Assembly: GCA_963811165.1 (NCBI GenBank)
Contig: CAWEQH010000004.1
Coordinates: 1 to 64,000 of the forward strand
From: an uncultured Nitrospiraceae bacterium
GTDB taxonomy: Bacteria; Nitrospirota; Thermodesulfovibrionia; Thermodesulfovibrionales; UBA6898
DNA length: 64,000 nucleotides
Direction: 5' to 3'
A model generated the notes under the pieces. The model made no database searches. It was not told where the DNA came from and saw only the letters and a program-made list of their open reading frames with translations. This document shows, piece after piece, positions 52,375-61,686 of this stretch. The position numbers were made by a program, and so were the translations under genes. Every line of letters begins with the position of its first letter. Positions within the stretch are counted from its first letter, which is position 1.

Positions 52375-52429
52375 TGATAACCTCCGGTAAATTGTTTTCT
52401 CACCATGACGCCGCCAGGACGCAAGTCTG

Positions 52430-53137
52430 CTACCTGACGCGTAAATAAGGCATTACATCTTTCTGGAAATCTATGGAGGAAAAATAATTTCCTATCGCGG
52501 TCCTGTAATCCCCGATGGATTTCATCGCCTCTGCCGCGAGGATAAACCTTTGCTGGAGCCCGATCATGCCGTTGTTCGCTTTCAGCGCCGAGATAAAGTC
52601 CTTGTACTGGGCAGAAGCGGTGAGCGCCGCCACACTATGCCAGTTCTTTGCAGATGCCATTGTCATGGCAGGCCCGCCGATATCGATGTTTACCCTCGCC
52701 GTCTCCGACGTCGTACCCTCTTTTGCAATTACCGACGAAAAAGGATAGAGGTTGCCTACGAAGACATCGAAGTAAACGCCCGGGGTACCTCCCATCTTTG
52801 CCAGCGTCTTATACAGGTATTCCTCGTGGGCGGGATTGCCTCTTTCGGCAAGAAGGCCGGCGTGGATCTTCGGGTGGAGTGTTTTGACAAGGCCGCCCTC
52901 CATCTCGGGCGCTCCCGTGAAGTCCTCGACCGAGGTGTAATTCCTGGGCGCATCGGTCCCGAGGATCTCCATGATCTTCTTCCCTGTGCCGCCGGTCGAA
53001 TAGAACCTCGCATCGCGGTTCACATCGAGGATGCCCCTGACCAGGTCGTCCAGCCCGGATTTGTCGAATACACTCACCAGTATATGAGACGGTTTTATCA
53101 GCTCGACTACCTGATAGATATTCTCTCTGATGCTCAT
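52430..53137 (-). CDS. Stand-alone IMP cyclohydrolase (PurH N-terminal/MGS-like domain)
   Basis: SVFDKSG, STGGT, VKTLHPKIH, NLYPF, IDIGGP, ASAKN; no AICAR transformylase domain. Confidence 0.88.
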   Translation of the reverse strand: MSIRENIYQVVELIKPSHILVSVFDKSGLDDLVRGILDVNRDARFYSTGGTGKKIMEILGTDAPRNYTSVEDFTGAPEMEGGLVKTLHPKIHAGLLAERGNPAHEEYLYKTLAKMGGTPGVYFDVFVGNLYPFSSVIAKEGTTSETARVNIDIGGPAMTMASAKNWHSVAALTASAQYKDFISALKANNGMIGLQQRFILAAEAMKSIGDYRTAIGNYFSSIDFQKDVMPYLRVR

Positions 53138-53195
53138 AGGTCCCCCTGTGTCCAGTGGATTTTTATTCGTCTATAATAATACACGGGGATGAGTT

Positions 53196-53811
53196 TTATC
53201 CATTTGTCCGGGGCATATCGATGATCATCTCCGCGACCGTCTTCCGGCGGCGTCCGGTGAGGCCCACAAGCCTTCTCAGTTCTATCTCCAGCGCTGCCAT
53301 CCCGGAATACCATTCCGTCCGGTCGAGCACAGGTTCGGCCGGGCCGGCCGGGATTACTTCTTCAGCAAACCTGTGGCATCCAGCGCCTGTCTGTTCGGAC
53401 CCGTCCGGTTTCCTTACCCGGTGGGGGATCCCGTGCAGCCGGCAGATCATCGGCCTGTATTCATAAAGCCGGCAGAGGCCCGCAAAGTTGAGCGGGCAGA
53501 GCACCCGTTCAGGGCTGCCCTGCAAATCATGAAGACGATAAAGCCCCACCGCATCTTCCGCCCTGGACAGGACCTCAGCGGCCGTGTCGGCATCGAGCGA
53601 ACCCATCCCTTCGATCAGATAAAGGTGTTCGGCAAGCGTATAGTGGGAGAACCTTTCCTCGCAGCAGCTTCTCCGAACAGCCGCCGCACCTGAAACCATG
53701 ATATTCCGCTGCCCTGAGGTAAGCCGCGTCCATTGAGGAATAGAGGCCTTTGATCTTAAGTACGTAAGGCGCGAGAGTCCCTTTGAGGAACTCAGAGAGG
53801 GGAAAATCCAT
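53196..53811 (-). pseudogene. YkgJ/CxxCxxCC-family Fe-S/zinc cluster protein split by a 1-bp frameshift near 53670
   Basis: ORF 53575..53811 reads GFRCGGCSE then drifts; ORF 53196..53699 continues CCEERF...CPLN...CRLYEYRPMICRLHG. Confidence 0.75.
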
Positions 53812-53813
53812 TC

Positions 53814-54008
53814 TTACGCTCTGTCACAAGAGCGGCCCGATATCTTTTCCCAGGTCTTTTCGTCGATTTCATTGATATATTGGGAGAGGGTGAATTTCCT
53901 GCCGCAATCCATGCAGCGCAGTGCCACGCCGCGTCAGCCGAAGGTAAGCTGCAATGTTCCTTTACACCCCCGGCATTTTAATCCGAGGTCTTTCGAAGGT
54001 CCTAACAC
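53814..54008 (-). CDS. Dual-CXXC small selenoprotein, 64 aa, UGA at 53934-53936 read as Sec
   Basis: (V/M)LGPSKDLGLKCRGCKGTLQLTFG-U-RGVALRCMDCGRKF...SCDRA; two CXXC flank an in-frame TGA; SECIS-like hairpin follows; stop lies 2 nt before the next ATG. Confidence 0.75.
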
Positions 54009-54251
54009 AGAATTATTTTACCGCATCCAGAGTCGTTTTGTGAATAGGCGAATTCCGCTGATCGGACAAGCGAATCAAGTCAGCCCGAATATTTCGTCGA
54101 TGTCGGACCCTGGCAGTGCCCCCTCGTTCACCCCGCTGCGTTTCAATGCCTTCGCCTCCTGATAAAACCTGAAAATTCCTTTTGAAAAATAATGAGGAAT
54201 GCGCCGACAAACTCTCAGTACAGGGATTTCATTGAGAACGTTGATTTCCGA

Positions 54252-54312
54252 AAATAACACGCGGGTCACGCGCCGCGCTTTCGGCGCGACGCTGTGGACC
54301 GGCTCGTTGGAA
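54252..54312 (-). other. Integron attC recombination site
   Basis: Minus strand TTCCAAC-5 bp-GGT(C)CAC(A)GCG...CGCGTGACC-5 bp-GTTATTT, 61 bp, two extrahelical bases. Confidence 0.65.
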
Positions 54313-54381
54313 TCATCATAGCGATCGTCATCTTACAGTTAATTGGTAACATCAAAACCTATGACCCTGATCGGTTGATTC

Positions 54382-54418
54382 AAAAAAAGATGGCAGAGCT
54401 ATTTCTGACCCTGCCATC
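54382..54418 (-). terminator. Terminator of the 54505-54990 gene
   Basis: GATGGCAGGGT...GCTCTGCCATC followed by T7 on the minus strand. Confidence 0.75.
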
Positions 54419-54504
54419 CCTATCCGATGGAACAAGCATTTTACTTGGGGCCACTTGCCGGTTTCATAAGCTCATCCATCTCTGGTCTTCCCCCCGTATC
54501 AGGA

Positions 54505-54990
54505 TCACTGACAGGCCGTACCTGGTTTACAGCCTGAGTAATAGTTACTGATCCGACCGCTGATGGAATCAAGGTGCTGTTTCCAGGGGGATGGCTCAAT
54601 GCCCATACGCCAGAGAATGTAACCAAGTGGATCTTCCATGCTCAGAGCATTTATCCGTATGCCTTCAAGGGCAAAGAAGACTCCCATCAGGTCGACGTCC
54701 TGATCATTGTAAGGAGGCAGTTCGGCCAAAACGTCTGCGACTTGGGCATCGAGGACTGACAATTCGGCTTTTATGCCCGCCAAAGCAATCCCTGTACCTC
54801 TTGGCAACGACGAAGCCGTCATCAAAAAGTCCAGACTCTTTTGGATCAGGTCCATGTTGAGATTCGCGGAATGGAGCGTGCCGATTTGTGGCTGCCAGGG
54901 CGAGGGTTCAACGCCTGCAAAGGCTGGGCTTGACAAGAACGACAAAAAAAGGAGCCCTATCATCACCGTTATTAGAACTCTTCCATTCAT
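54505..54990 (-). CDS. Exported hypothetical protein with repeated G(V/I)EPSPW motif
   Basis: Signal peptide ending AFA; motif occurs twice; purine-rich RBS. Confidence 0.7.
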   Translation of the reverse strand: MNGRVLITVMIGLLFLSFLSSPAFAGVEPSPWQPQIGTLHSANLNMDLIQKSLDFLMTASSLPRGTGIALAGIKAELSVLDAQVADVLAELPPYNDQDVDLMGVFFALEGIRINALSMEDPLGYILWRMGIEPSPWKQHLDSISGRISNYYSGCKPGTACQ

Positions 54991-55255
54991 GATGCTATCT
55001 CCTTCCCTTTTACTAAGGTTAGTAAATGAAAAGGCCAAACTCACCTTTCCCCCTTCTCTCAAAGGGTTTGGCTTTGTCGGAAACCTGCCCCCTCTTAATT
55101 ACTTTTTATCACTAGAAAATGCTGTTGTCAATTTGTAACTTTAGGTCTCTAACTTCAATATCAAAAGGCGACTTGCCCTATTGGTTACCGTTTGAGCCTT
55201 CCCCGAATTGATGGACACACCTAAAGATTTGTAAGATGGAAAAGGAGGTGTGTGT

Positions 55256-55558
55256 ATGGGGAAAGAGGATAGGCGTCGTCATTTCACGAGGGAGTTCAAG
55301 AGGAATGCTGTTCACCTTGTGACGGAGAAGGGTATGCCGGTAGGGAAGGTAGCTCGGGACCTTGATATTCATCCCAACTTACTTCATTTATGGAGAAGGA
55401 GGTTGCTGAAAGACGGGGAGAAGGCATTTGTGGGGAAAGGCCATTCAAGTCCGGAGGGAGCGGAGATAAAGCAGCTTCGGAAGGAATTGGAAAGGGTGAG
55501 GGAAGAGAGGGACATTTTAAAAAAAGCCTTGGCCGTATTCTCCAAACGCAGCAGATGA
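55256..55558 (+). CDS. IS3 transposase OrfA
   Basis: FTREFK...VARDLDI...W HTH, ERDILKKA; A7G slippery site at 55519-55526. Confidence 0.92.
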   Translation: MGKEDRRRHFTREFKRNAVHLVTEKGMPVGKVARDLDIHPNLLHLWRRRLLKDGEKAFVGKGHSSPEGAEIKQLRKELERVREERDILKKALAVFSKRSR

Positions 55559-56412
55559 AGTACGGGTTGATGGAAGAGCATCGGGAGAAGTACAGGGTGG
55601 GAAGCATGTGCAAGGTGTTAAAGGTATCCAGGAGTGGGTATTATGCGTGGCGCAGCCGTCCGCTTAGCAGGAGGCAAAAGGACAACCAGGAGTTGCTGGG
55701 ACACATACAGGAGATCCACAGAAGAAGCAGGAAGCTGTACGGGAGCCTAAGGATCACGGCTGAACTCAATGATGAGGGTGTCAAATGCGGGAAGAACCGG
55801 GTAGCCAGGATCATGAAGGATCATGCCATATGCGGGGAAGTGAAGAGGAGGAGGGTTAGGCGGACTACCGATTCACGGCATGATTATGCTCTGGCGGCAA
55901 ACCTGCTGATTGGCAAGAGACAGACCGATGGGGTATGGGCATCAGATATTACGTTTGTTCCTACTTCCGAGGGGTGGTTGTATGTGGCAGCTGTGATAAA
56001 TGTGAAAAGCAGAAGAGTTATAGGGTTGTCCATGAGCGATAAACTTTCTCAGGAACTCGCCTCTGATGCGCTAAAAGCGGCAGCCAGCAGGCAGAGCCCT
56101 CCTGAGGGGTTGATCCACCACTCCGATCGAGGCAGGCAGTACGCGAGTTATGCATATCAGGAGCTTCTCAGAGAATACGGCATTACTCCGAGTATGAGCA
56201 GAAGTGGTAATTGCTATGACAATGCCTATGCGGAGTCATTTTTCGGAACGCTCAAGACGGAATTGGTCCACGGTGAGAAGTACCGTTCACGGCTTGAGGC
56301 AAGGCTTAGTATCTTTGAGTACGTAGAAGTGTTTTATAATCGTCAGAGGAGACACTCGGCATTAGGCTACAAGAGCCCAGAGCAATTTGAACGGCTCCTT
56401 GATGAAACTTAA
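55555..56412 (+). CDS. IS3 transposase OrfB (DDE; fused to OrfA by -1 frameshift)
   Basis: VSRSGYY, WASDIT, HHSDRGRQY, CYDNAYAESFF, YNRQRRHS. Confidence 0.93.
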   Translation: MKYGLMEEHREKYRVGSMCKVLKVSRSGYYAWRSRPLSRRQKDNQELLGHIQEIHRRSRKLYGSLRITAELNDEGVKCGKNRVARIMKDHAICGEVKRRRVRRTTDSRHDYALAANLLIGKRQTDGVWASDITFVPTSEGWLYVAAVINVKSRRVIGLSMSDKLSQELASDALKAAASRQSPPEGLIHHSDRGRQYASYAYQELLREYGITPSMSRSGNCYDNAYAESFFGTLKTELVHGEKYRSRLEARLSIFEYVEVFYNRQRRHSALGYKSPEQFERLLDET

Positions 56413-56698
56413 CCAAGTGTCCACATTATCGGGGAAAGCTCAGTTTGAAAGGTTCAGTTATGAGAACTGTATCAGAAGCGTTGAGTACAGGAAGGAACTG
56501 AAAAATATTATCCGACTCTGTCGGCTGCTTATATACGTCTTTTCCACGATCAGTACCAACACGAAACCGCTAGGCGTCTGATTACCATCGGGCGTCGAAA
56601 CCTCCCACTTGTTCTTATCATTCCAGTGATCTCTGTTATAATGATGTTGTTTTCAAGTTAAATAAAAAAAATGATATATTAAATCCAAGGGGCTTAAT

Positions 56699-58228
56699 AT
56701 GATTGACTCTGAAACAAGTACTTATTTGCTCGGCCATTTCAATCTTGGTGCTTCCACTGCGGAAAACGATCCACTTTTAGCATCCGCAAAGATTGAAACT
56801 CAAGAATGGAATGATTTATATTCTTATGATCGTATTGATTTAATAAGAGGAATCAAGGGATCTGGTAAAACAGCACTGTATCGTCTCTTCTCCTTGCTCC
56901 AAAAATTTATGCTAGAACAGAAAAATACATATTGTGTTTTTGGAGTCGAGCCCAGCGGTGATCCAATTTTTCGCTTATATCAAAAAGAATTCGCCAACTT
57001 TAACCAATTTGAATTTGAAAACTTCTGGGGAGTTTATTTCATAGCCTTAGTTTACAATTTAATTTATATCACTCCAGAATTAAAGGCTGCGCTCGACGAC
57101 GAACTCGAAAACTTAGATGCAATGCTGCAAAAAATAGGGCTGAAGTTTAACAAAAATGGATTCACCCGCAATGATTCTATTAAATCATATCTTGCAATTA
57201 TTGCACGGTCTAAGCTGGGATTTGGTATAAAAACAGGGCTCGATCCACAAACAGGGATGATAACATCCGTTACACCCACAGTTGAAATAGATTCTAAAAA
57301 TGCCGAAGAGATATCTCTTAGGCCAATCTATCTCGCTGAATTTCGAGATGGACTCGCTCAGATATTGAGCAATAAGAATTTAAGAATATGGGTTATGCTT
57401 GATCGTCTTGATGAAGTCTTTCCCCACCGAAGCGAAGTTGAAAAGATAGGGTTACGTAGTCTTTTAAAAGCATCCTATAACTTTTCACATCCTAACCTGC
57501 GAACAAAAATTTTCCTGCGTGATGATATTATTGGGTATTTGGCGGCAGATGGATTTACAGCATTAACTCACGTTACTGACAGAAGTTCATCAACTATGTC
57601 ATGGTCAAAAGATGAGTTGTTGCATCTGATTGTTAAGCGCGTGTCTGCCTCTGATGCTATTGCTATCCACTATGAAATCGATACTAAAAGAATTGATAAC
57701 GATAAGGATTATAGAGAGACGGTGTTCTATAAAATATTCCCCTCCAAAATTGGAAAAACTTATACTATGGATTGGCTTTATTCTAATTGTGCTGATGCCA
57801 ATAATATTGTTACTCCACGCGACATGATAGATTTTTTTAAATTTGCAAAGTCTGAACAATTTAAGCAGAACAAATTGAACCCGCAAAATTACGAATTCCT
57901 AATTACTGAAGATGCTTTTAAAAAGGCATTAGATGATTTGTCGATGAATAAAAAGGATACTTTTTTATTTGCTGAATTTCCACACCTTAAGGAAGTGTTA
58001 CTAAAATTTGAAGGTGCATATTCCGAGTACAACAAAGAAAGTTTTGAAAAACTCGTCGGGCCTGAATATATAAAGATATTGGATGATCTGCGCGGAATTG
58101 GTTTCATCAAACATATTCCCAAAAGCGGCACTTACAAGATTCCTGTTATTTGGAGAAAAGGGTTAAATATTCGTAGAGGCAAGGCACACGTAAAGAGGGC
58201 TCTTCGAAAAAGAGCTACTGACGAATAA
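56699..58228 (+). CDS. P-loop ATPase, Sll1717/FunZ-like (tentative family), AT-rich
   Basis: LG...AEND, Walker A GIKGSGKT, Walker B VMLDRLDE, IFLRDDI, TPRD; TGnTATAAT promoter at 56634-56642. Confidence 0.7.
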   Translation: MIDSETSTYLLGHFNLGASTAENDPLLASAKIETQEWNDLYSYDRIDLIRGIKGSGKTALYRLFSLLQKFMLEQKNTYCVFGVEPSGDPIFRLYQKEFANFNQFEFENFWGVYFIALVYNLIYITPELKAALDDELENLDAMLQKIGLKFNKNGFTRNDSIKSYLAIIARSKLGFGIKTGLDPQTGMITSVTPTVEIDSKNAEEISLRPIYLAEFRDGLAQILSNKNLRIWVMLDRLDEVFPHRSEVEKIGLRSLLKASYNFSHPNLRTKIFLRDDIIGYLAADGFTALTHVTDRSSSTMSWSKDELLHLIVKRVSASDAIAIHYEIDTKRIDNDKDYRETVFYKIFPSKIGKTYTMDWLYSNCADANNIVTPRDMIDFFKFAKSEQFKQNKLNPQNYEFLITEDAFKKALDDLSMNKKDTFLFAEFPHLKEVLLKFEGAYSEYNKESFEKLVGPEYIKILDDLRGIGFIKHIPKSGTYKIPVIWRKGLNIRRGKAHVKRALRKRATDE

Positions 58229-58263
58229 TAAAAAGTGGACACTTTCTAAATTATATGATGAGC

Positions 58264-59587
58264 CACTAGTGTCCGGTTAAGAAGTGAATAAATTCAACTG
58301 GTTTTGATTTTCGAGCATAACTGAACGTTCTTCGATAGTCTGAAATGCTTGTTGCAAAGGCATTTTCTCGAAAAGGGTAATCGAGAGAATCTGTAACAAT
58401 GTATAAAGGGATGCATCGAGATTGAGCTTTTTCTTGATGATGGCGATGAGTACATACATGGAAACGGCGATCCAGATTTGGGTCTTCACAGCGTTTTCCG
58501 ATGTACCATAAAACCGTTTGATGCGAAGATGCTGTTTGATCCATTTGAAGAACAGTTCGATCTGCCAACGGCTTTTGTAGAGTGCAGCGATTGTGAGTGC
58601 TGATAGAGTCGTGTTGTTGGTAAGAAAGATCAGAGTTTTGTCTCTCTCGATATCTTTGAAGCGAATACGACGCAAATGTTCGGGGTAATGACAATGACTG
58701 TAGTAGCCGTTCAACATAATGCTCTGGTCGCAGATAATGCCAGAGGATCGGTCGACGGGCGCAGAGTATACGCGCCTTGCATTGAGGTTCGACTTTGTGC
58801 GGGTCACAAAGAAACTGCCTGCCCGGTGCAACGCATAAAGACGAGCGAAGTCCATATATGCCCGATCCATGATGTAGAACGCCCCAGGTTCCGCAATAAG
58901 CAGGTCGAGAATATTGATGTCGTGCCACTTGCCGTCGGTGATGTGAATGAAACTGGGGATTGCACCCTTGAGATCCAAAAGTGTATGGACTTTGACTGCG
59001 GCTTTTGTATCGCGGAACGGAGCCCATGGGAACACCGAAAGACAAAGATCGATGGTTGTGGAGTCCAGCGCATAAACCGTGTTGGAAAGATCGAGTCCCA
59101 AATCCTCGTCTGCGTAGAGCCTTCTTGCTTGAGCGATCAGTCTCTGCGCAAAATCGGCGTAGATGCGCCAGTCTCGGGATTCGTTTGCGTCGGCCAGAGT
59201 CGACCGAGAAATCGCTCCGTTGAGACCCATATGGTAAAGCTTCGAAGCCTGAGCCGAAAGGCACGCTTCTATATCGCGCAGACTCTCCCGATAGGTCAAT
59301 TGGGCGAATGCCAAGATGCGAAACTGCTCCGTGCAGCGAAAGGTACGAATACGATGATCGCCTCCATAGCGAGCGACTATACGATGAAATGTGCTCCAAG
59401 GGAGAAAATCCATGATTTGCGCAAATAGGGTCTTGCCAGTATACATTGGCACCTCCGGGAATTTCAGTTCCAGAAGGATTGCCCATTCGGCGATATCTAT
59501 TCAAGTCGACACCACCAAAAATATTGCAAATATTCTTATCTGTCATATAGTTTTAAGTATCAGCCGTTTCTTAACCGGACAGCACTG
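58264..59587 (-). mobile_element. IS4-family insertion sequence, 1324 bp
   Basis: TIRs CACTAGTGTCCGGTTAAGAA / TTCTTAACCGGACAGCACTG; 9-bp duplication ATGATGAGC at 58255-58263 and 59588-59596. Confidence 0.95.
58277..59452 (-). CDS. IS4-family DDE transposase
   Basis: LDSTTI, MDRAY, YKSRWQIELFFKWIKQ (YREK). Confidence 0.95.
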   Translation of the reverse strand: MPMYTGKTLFAQIMDFLPWSTFHRIVARYGGDHRIRTFRCTEQFRILAFAQLTYRESLRDIEACLSAQASKLYHMGLNGAISRSTLADANESRDWRIYADFAQRLIAQARRLYADEDLGLDLSNTVYALDSTTIDLCLSVFPWAPFRDTKAAVKVHTLLDLKGAIPSFIHITDGKWHDINILDLLIAEPGAFYIMDRAYMDFARLYALHRAGSFFVTRTKSNLNARRVYSAPVDRSSGIICDQSIMLNGYYSHCHYPEHLRRIRFKDIERDKTLIFLTNNTTLSALTIAALYKSRWQIELFFKWIKQHLRIKRFYGTSENAVKTQIWIAVSMYVLIAIIKKKLNLDASLYTLLQILSITLFEKMPLQQAFQTIEERSVMLENQNQLNLFTS

Positions 59588-59754
59588 ATGATGAGCAATC
59601 AATAACTGAGAGATATATTCTCATGACAACACAATCCTGCCGCTTCATCAGTCTCAAGAGAAAACAATTCAATTTCGGTCGAACTCCAAACAATAAGAAC
59701 GGCAAAGAAATATGCGGTGTACAGGAAGGAATCGTGCGTCTTGGCCTTTGGTGC

Positions 59755-60287
59755 CTACGCCCTTGTTAAAAACATTCCGGCAAACTCCTTAAGCTCTTCG
59801 GAGCCGACTTCGCCCGAGGCTGCAAGCTTTCCGTATGCGCCGGATGGGTCGTTATGGACAGCAAAGGCGACTCTTTTAACAGCATTTGCAAAGCGGCCTA
59901 TCCTCTCGTCCACTTTTTTGGCAAAAAGAAAAGGCATTAACCTCGTGAATAATCCAACGAAGGGCTGCTGATCTTGATATAGCCGGTGGTCGTTGAGTCT
60001 ACTGAGGCTCCCGCCTCATTGAGGCGCTCGGAATACGATGTCATCAGCACCATATGACCGTTGAACCTGATCTTTAGAATGTCGAAATGGCCCGAAATAA
60101 AATAGACCCTCCTGCTGCGGACAGAATTGACGAGTTCCACGTTCCCCGCCAAGCCCGCAGGATCGTCGACATGGATTAAGCCGTCAGGCCTGACCTCTAT
60201 TTTGTATAATTCCAAAGACGGGTCGTAGAAGTGCGCGAGAACCATGGAAAGGCGCGGGTGGTCTATCAGGAACTCATACTGCCTCAA
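59755..60287 (-). pseudogene. Hypothetical gene, apparently frameshifted near 59960 and possibly 5'-truncated
   Basis: Adding one base at AGCCCTTCG joins the two ORFs as ...KISSPFVGLFTRLMPFLF...; no RBS before the TTG. Confidence 0.5.
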
Positions 60288-60354
60288 ACTGACCGATTAT
60301 GCACTTACGGCGGTCCTTGGCGTATAATGAGATAGTTCAGTCCAGGAGGTTTTC

Positions 60355-60996
60355 ATGACTGTCGATAAGATCGTTGTCGGCCAGCTCGGTGTGAACTGTT
60401 ATGTCGTATATGATGAGGGAGCGTCGGAGGCGGCCGTAATCGACCCGGGAGACGAATTCGAAAGGATAGCAGATCTTCTCGATGGGCAGGGAATCACGCC
60501 TAAATATATATTCTTTACCCATGCCCATTACGACCACGTCTGCGCGGCAGGAGAACTGAAAGATAAATACGGTGCGGCCATCATTATGCATGAAGACGAA
60601 AAAGAGACTTACCGTAAGACCAAGGCCTTATGCCTTTCATGGGGTTTTGTGGAAGAGGATTTTCCGGATCCGGACATATTGGTTACGGAGGGAAGTAAGA
60701 TCGTCCTTGGAGGCAATACCTTTGAAGTACTGCATACTCCCGGCCATACTCCAGGTGGCATATGTCTGTATCTGGAGGGGACATTGTTTACCGGTGACAC
60801 GCTTTTTAGAAGGTCTGTAGGAAGGACCGACCTTCCCGGCGGGGATACGGCGAAGCTTGAGGGCTCTCTCAAAAGACTCGCATCTCTGCCGCCCGATACA
60901 AGGGTTTATTGCGGGCATGGTGATGACACGACTATCGGGGAAGAAGTGATGAGGAACCCTTTTTTGTCAGGCAGCAGACTGAGATTTGCGAAGTGA
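60355..60996 (+). CDS. MBL-fold metallo-hydrolase (glyoxalase II-like)
   Basis: THAHYDH, TPGHTPG, TGDTLF, GHG. Confidence 0.92.
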   Translation: MTVDKIVVGQLGVNCYVVYDEGASEAAVIDPGDEFERIADLLDGQGITPKYIFFTHAHYDHVCAAGELKDKYGAAIIMHEDEKETYRKTKALCLSWGFVEEDFPDPDILVTEGSKIVLGGNTFEVLHTPGHTPGGICLYLEGTLFTGDTLFRRSVGRTDLPGGDTAKLEGSLKRLASLPPDTRVYCGHGDDTTIGEEVMRNPFLSGSRLRFAK

Positions 60997-61613
60997 CCCA
61001 TACTCTGCGAACTGCGGCGAACGACAGCCCCGGCATTAAGGCCGGGTCAGGAACAGTTTCGGAGAGATGGGCCCGCATCGATTCGCTGAATTTTGTCTGG
61101 GAAGAGGTGAAGGAGCTATGCTCGAAATACGAAGATCATTTGGAGGAAGTGAGGGGCCGTGCCGCGGGGGTTTCCTCTGCGGTCGAAACAGCGGGCCTCT
61201 TTATCGAACGACATACCTCCGTTGTCTGCCCCGCCTGCCTTAAGGTCTGCTGTATAAACAGGCATTCTTACCACGATCCTGCGGACATTATCTGCATCTG
61301 TGCGCTTGGCGAAAAGCCGGCGCTTTATAAGAGGGGTGCCGGAGATAAAGAGCCCTGCCAGTTTTGGGGGGAAAGGGGCTGCAGCATCAAACGCCCTCTT
61401 CGGCCCCACCGGTGCAACTGGTATTTCTGCGTGCCGCTTTTGGAACATATTGAAACCGTTCCTGCTCGTGAGTACCGCAGGTTCATAGCCGATCTCCGTG
61501 ACATCAACGAAAAAAGGGAGGGCCTTGTCAATGCCTTCACCAATGTATTGAAAGGGGCGGGATACGACTTCGGGCATCTTATGCATGCATCGGATGAAAT
61601 TTTTTTCACATAG
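60993..61613 (+). CDS. Cys-rich hypothetical protein (CxxCxxxCC-like)
   Basis: CPACLKVCC, CQFW...GC...RPHRCNWYFC; GTGA overlap with upstream gene. Confidence 0.7.
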   Translation: MTHTLRTAANDSPGIKAGSGTVSERWARIDSLNFVWEEVKELCSKYEDHLEEVRGRAAGVSSAVETAGLFIERHTSVVCPACLKVCCINRHSYHDPADIICICALGEKPALYKRGAGDKEPCQFWGERGCSIKRPLRPHRCNWYFCVPLLEHIETVPAREYRRFIADLRDINEKREGLVNAFTNVLKGAGYDFGHLMHASDEIFFT

Positions 61614-61686
61614 TTTTTCGCGGGAATTTGATATACTCTGATCACAATATTAAGACTCGCATTATTAATCTCACAGGAGGTGTGAA

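Larger units (their letters stand above)
55193..56442 (+). mobile_element. IS3-family insertion sequence, 1250 bp
   Basis: TIRs TGAGCCTTCCCCGA...GGACAC / GTGTCC...TCGGGGAAAGCTCA; 3-bp GTT duplication on both flanks. Confidence 0.95.

Noticed and set aside
54000..54006. GTTAGGA on the minus strand as another attC core
   Set aside because: No stem or partner core; it lies in the first codons of the selenoprotein gene
54013..54250. Short ORFs and weak inverted ends suggesting a MITE
   Set aside because: Terminal similarity is too weak, with no target duplication and no second copy in the window
58266..59546. 426-aa alternative-frame ORF over the IS4 transposase
   Set aside because: No motifs; the 391-aa frame carries the DDE/YREK signature
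55193..59587. Composite transposon carrying the ATPase
   Set aside because: The flanking elements are from different families and each has its own target duplication
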